A stretch of 64,000 nt of DNA from Lytechinus pictus (lineage: Eukaryota), in the NCBI RefSeq assembly GCF_037042905.1, contig NC_087245.1, positions 17,300,001-17,364,000 of the forward strand, given 5' to 3'. Positions 62,494 through 64,000 of this stretch are shown here, piece by piece. Positions within the stretch are counted from its first letter, which is position 1. Every line of letters begins with the position of its first letter. Made by a program: the position numbers and the translations under genes. The notes below the pieces were generated by a model. It was not told the DNA's origin and did not search any database. It was given only the letters and a program-made list of their open reading frames with translations.

Positions 62494-64000
62494 TTAAGCA
62501 TTACAAATATGTTCAGCAGCTTCTAAGACAATGATAAAGAGTATACATGTAATTGCAGGAGTAACAGTTGTAGTATCAATTGCTGATTGTTGTGTTGTGT
62601 ATATAAATTAGTAAATCATGTTCACAATTAATATCGAACATATAAATCAATTAAATGCTAACATTGTTATCATTATCCTTTAATTATCGTGATTATGTTC
62701 ATCAGTTTTGTTATTCTTTACTATTGTGGATGACAAGATTTGGAAAAAATAATAATTAAAGATCAACAATTATTACCAAAACGAAGGAGCTCATTCGATG
62801 CTCGAATCCTTTGGAACATAGATAATCCGAGAAATCAAATAAATTAGAATATCTCTTCTTTTTTTTCTTTAAAAAATTTTCTTTCAGCATAAGAATTTTA
62901 AATTTCACTGCCATTCAGCAACGTTACGAAACCAACAAATCTGGCGAGGACTTGCTTGGTCATGGTGTATAATTTGAGGGGAAATTGTGAGCGAACGACG
63001 TGAGCGAGCCAAAATATAAGGCAACGTAATAAAATCAAAGATTAATTTCATAATTTAATCGCGGTAAGATATTTAGGAAAATTCGATGAAAATTATGACA
63101 CTGACAAATAAAATGAATTAACCCCCTCAAAATAGAATATGAGCGCCAGTAGCCTCCTCGAATTCCCACCAGTATTATTATTATCATTTTAATTGATTTT
63201 TTTTATTCAAGGGCACTTCACGTCTATCCCGTATACTCATTATGTAGTGATGTATTGGAATATCGTCACCTAAGCATTCTATGACTTCTTATAAGTTCAC
63301 ACATAATTCATTGTGTCTATTAATGTCGATTGTTTTAATTCGGTTGCTTTTTATCTGTTAACAGCGGATGTGGGGTTATGAACTGCCGGTATAATAGGCA
63401 CGAACTGATAATCGGATGTCCGATGTGGTTTAACATTACTAATCATTCCGCTGCATGCCCTTCTGGAATATTTACAGAAAATAAACAAATGACAAATCAT
63501 AAACAATGTTTCAGTTTGCTATAAAGTGTAATGGACTCCAGGTCTCCCCTCTATTGTAAACACCTAACGTGAGGGGGTGGTAGGTGATTCATTAAGTGGG
63601 ACAGCATGGACATGGTTTTATCATCATTACTACGCTCAAAAGGACAAAATGTTTCAACTTTGCACCTTTGAAATATGTATCCCGATGCCACACGGGGCAC
63701 TTTGCATGTTTCTGGTCTTGGTGCAAATATGCATCTTAGCAATCATACCCAAAAGGTGGGAAATTCCACCTGAAAAAAAAAAGACGTGCTCCCGGCACGG
63801 GGACATGTGCTCTTCATTGTTGGCATTAGCTCCCTGTCTGGTATATGTTCTCTCCGGTCTGGTGTTGGTTGCATATTTATATGTAGTGACTCTTGTATCT
63901 GTATGATCAATTGATCTTGTATCTATTGATCAGGCGCAGATCTTTATCCTAAAATCGGTCTGATGCAGTCAGTCCGCAAGCCCCTGTGTTAATGAGCAAA

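Noticed and set aside
63754..63771. NF-kB-like site GGGAAATTCC within a short palindrome
   Set aside because: A single 10-mer with no supporting context; plausible by chance in 64 kb.

Overview
Eukaryotic, AT-rich, transposon-dense animal DNA. The repeat types and the gene family suggest a marine invertebrate deuterostome, probably a sea urchin; this is an inference. The left half (about 110-28650) is a tandem duplication of an ~8.3 kb unit. Each copy carries a minus-strand 578-aa TRIM gene (RING, B-box, coiled coil, NHL-like beta-propeller) with its CDS in a single exon; the two proteins are ~91% identical. The copies differ by independent transposon insertions whose empty sites are visible in the other copy. 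The largest is a ~10.25 kb Helentron/Helitron2-type element just downstream of the second TRIM. It has expanded into ~7.6 near-identical 1158-bp units, each carrying the element's 5' terminal hairpin and a tRNA-like RNA polymerase III cassette with an oligo-T terminator. The right half is mostly non-coding. It holds many MITEs, a cluster of Crypton-like elements (one with a tyrosine-recombinase N-terminal remnant), a second decayed tandem duplication, a tRNA-derived SINE and a putative CRE-rich promoter of a spliced plus-strand transcript. It also holds an apparent 7SL-RNA-derived (Alu-like) SINE at 39170-39348 that shares a body module with the tRNA SINE. All alignments and counts were made by eye; no searches were run.
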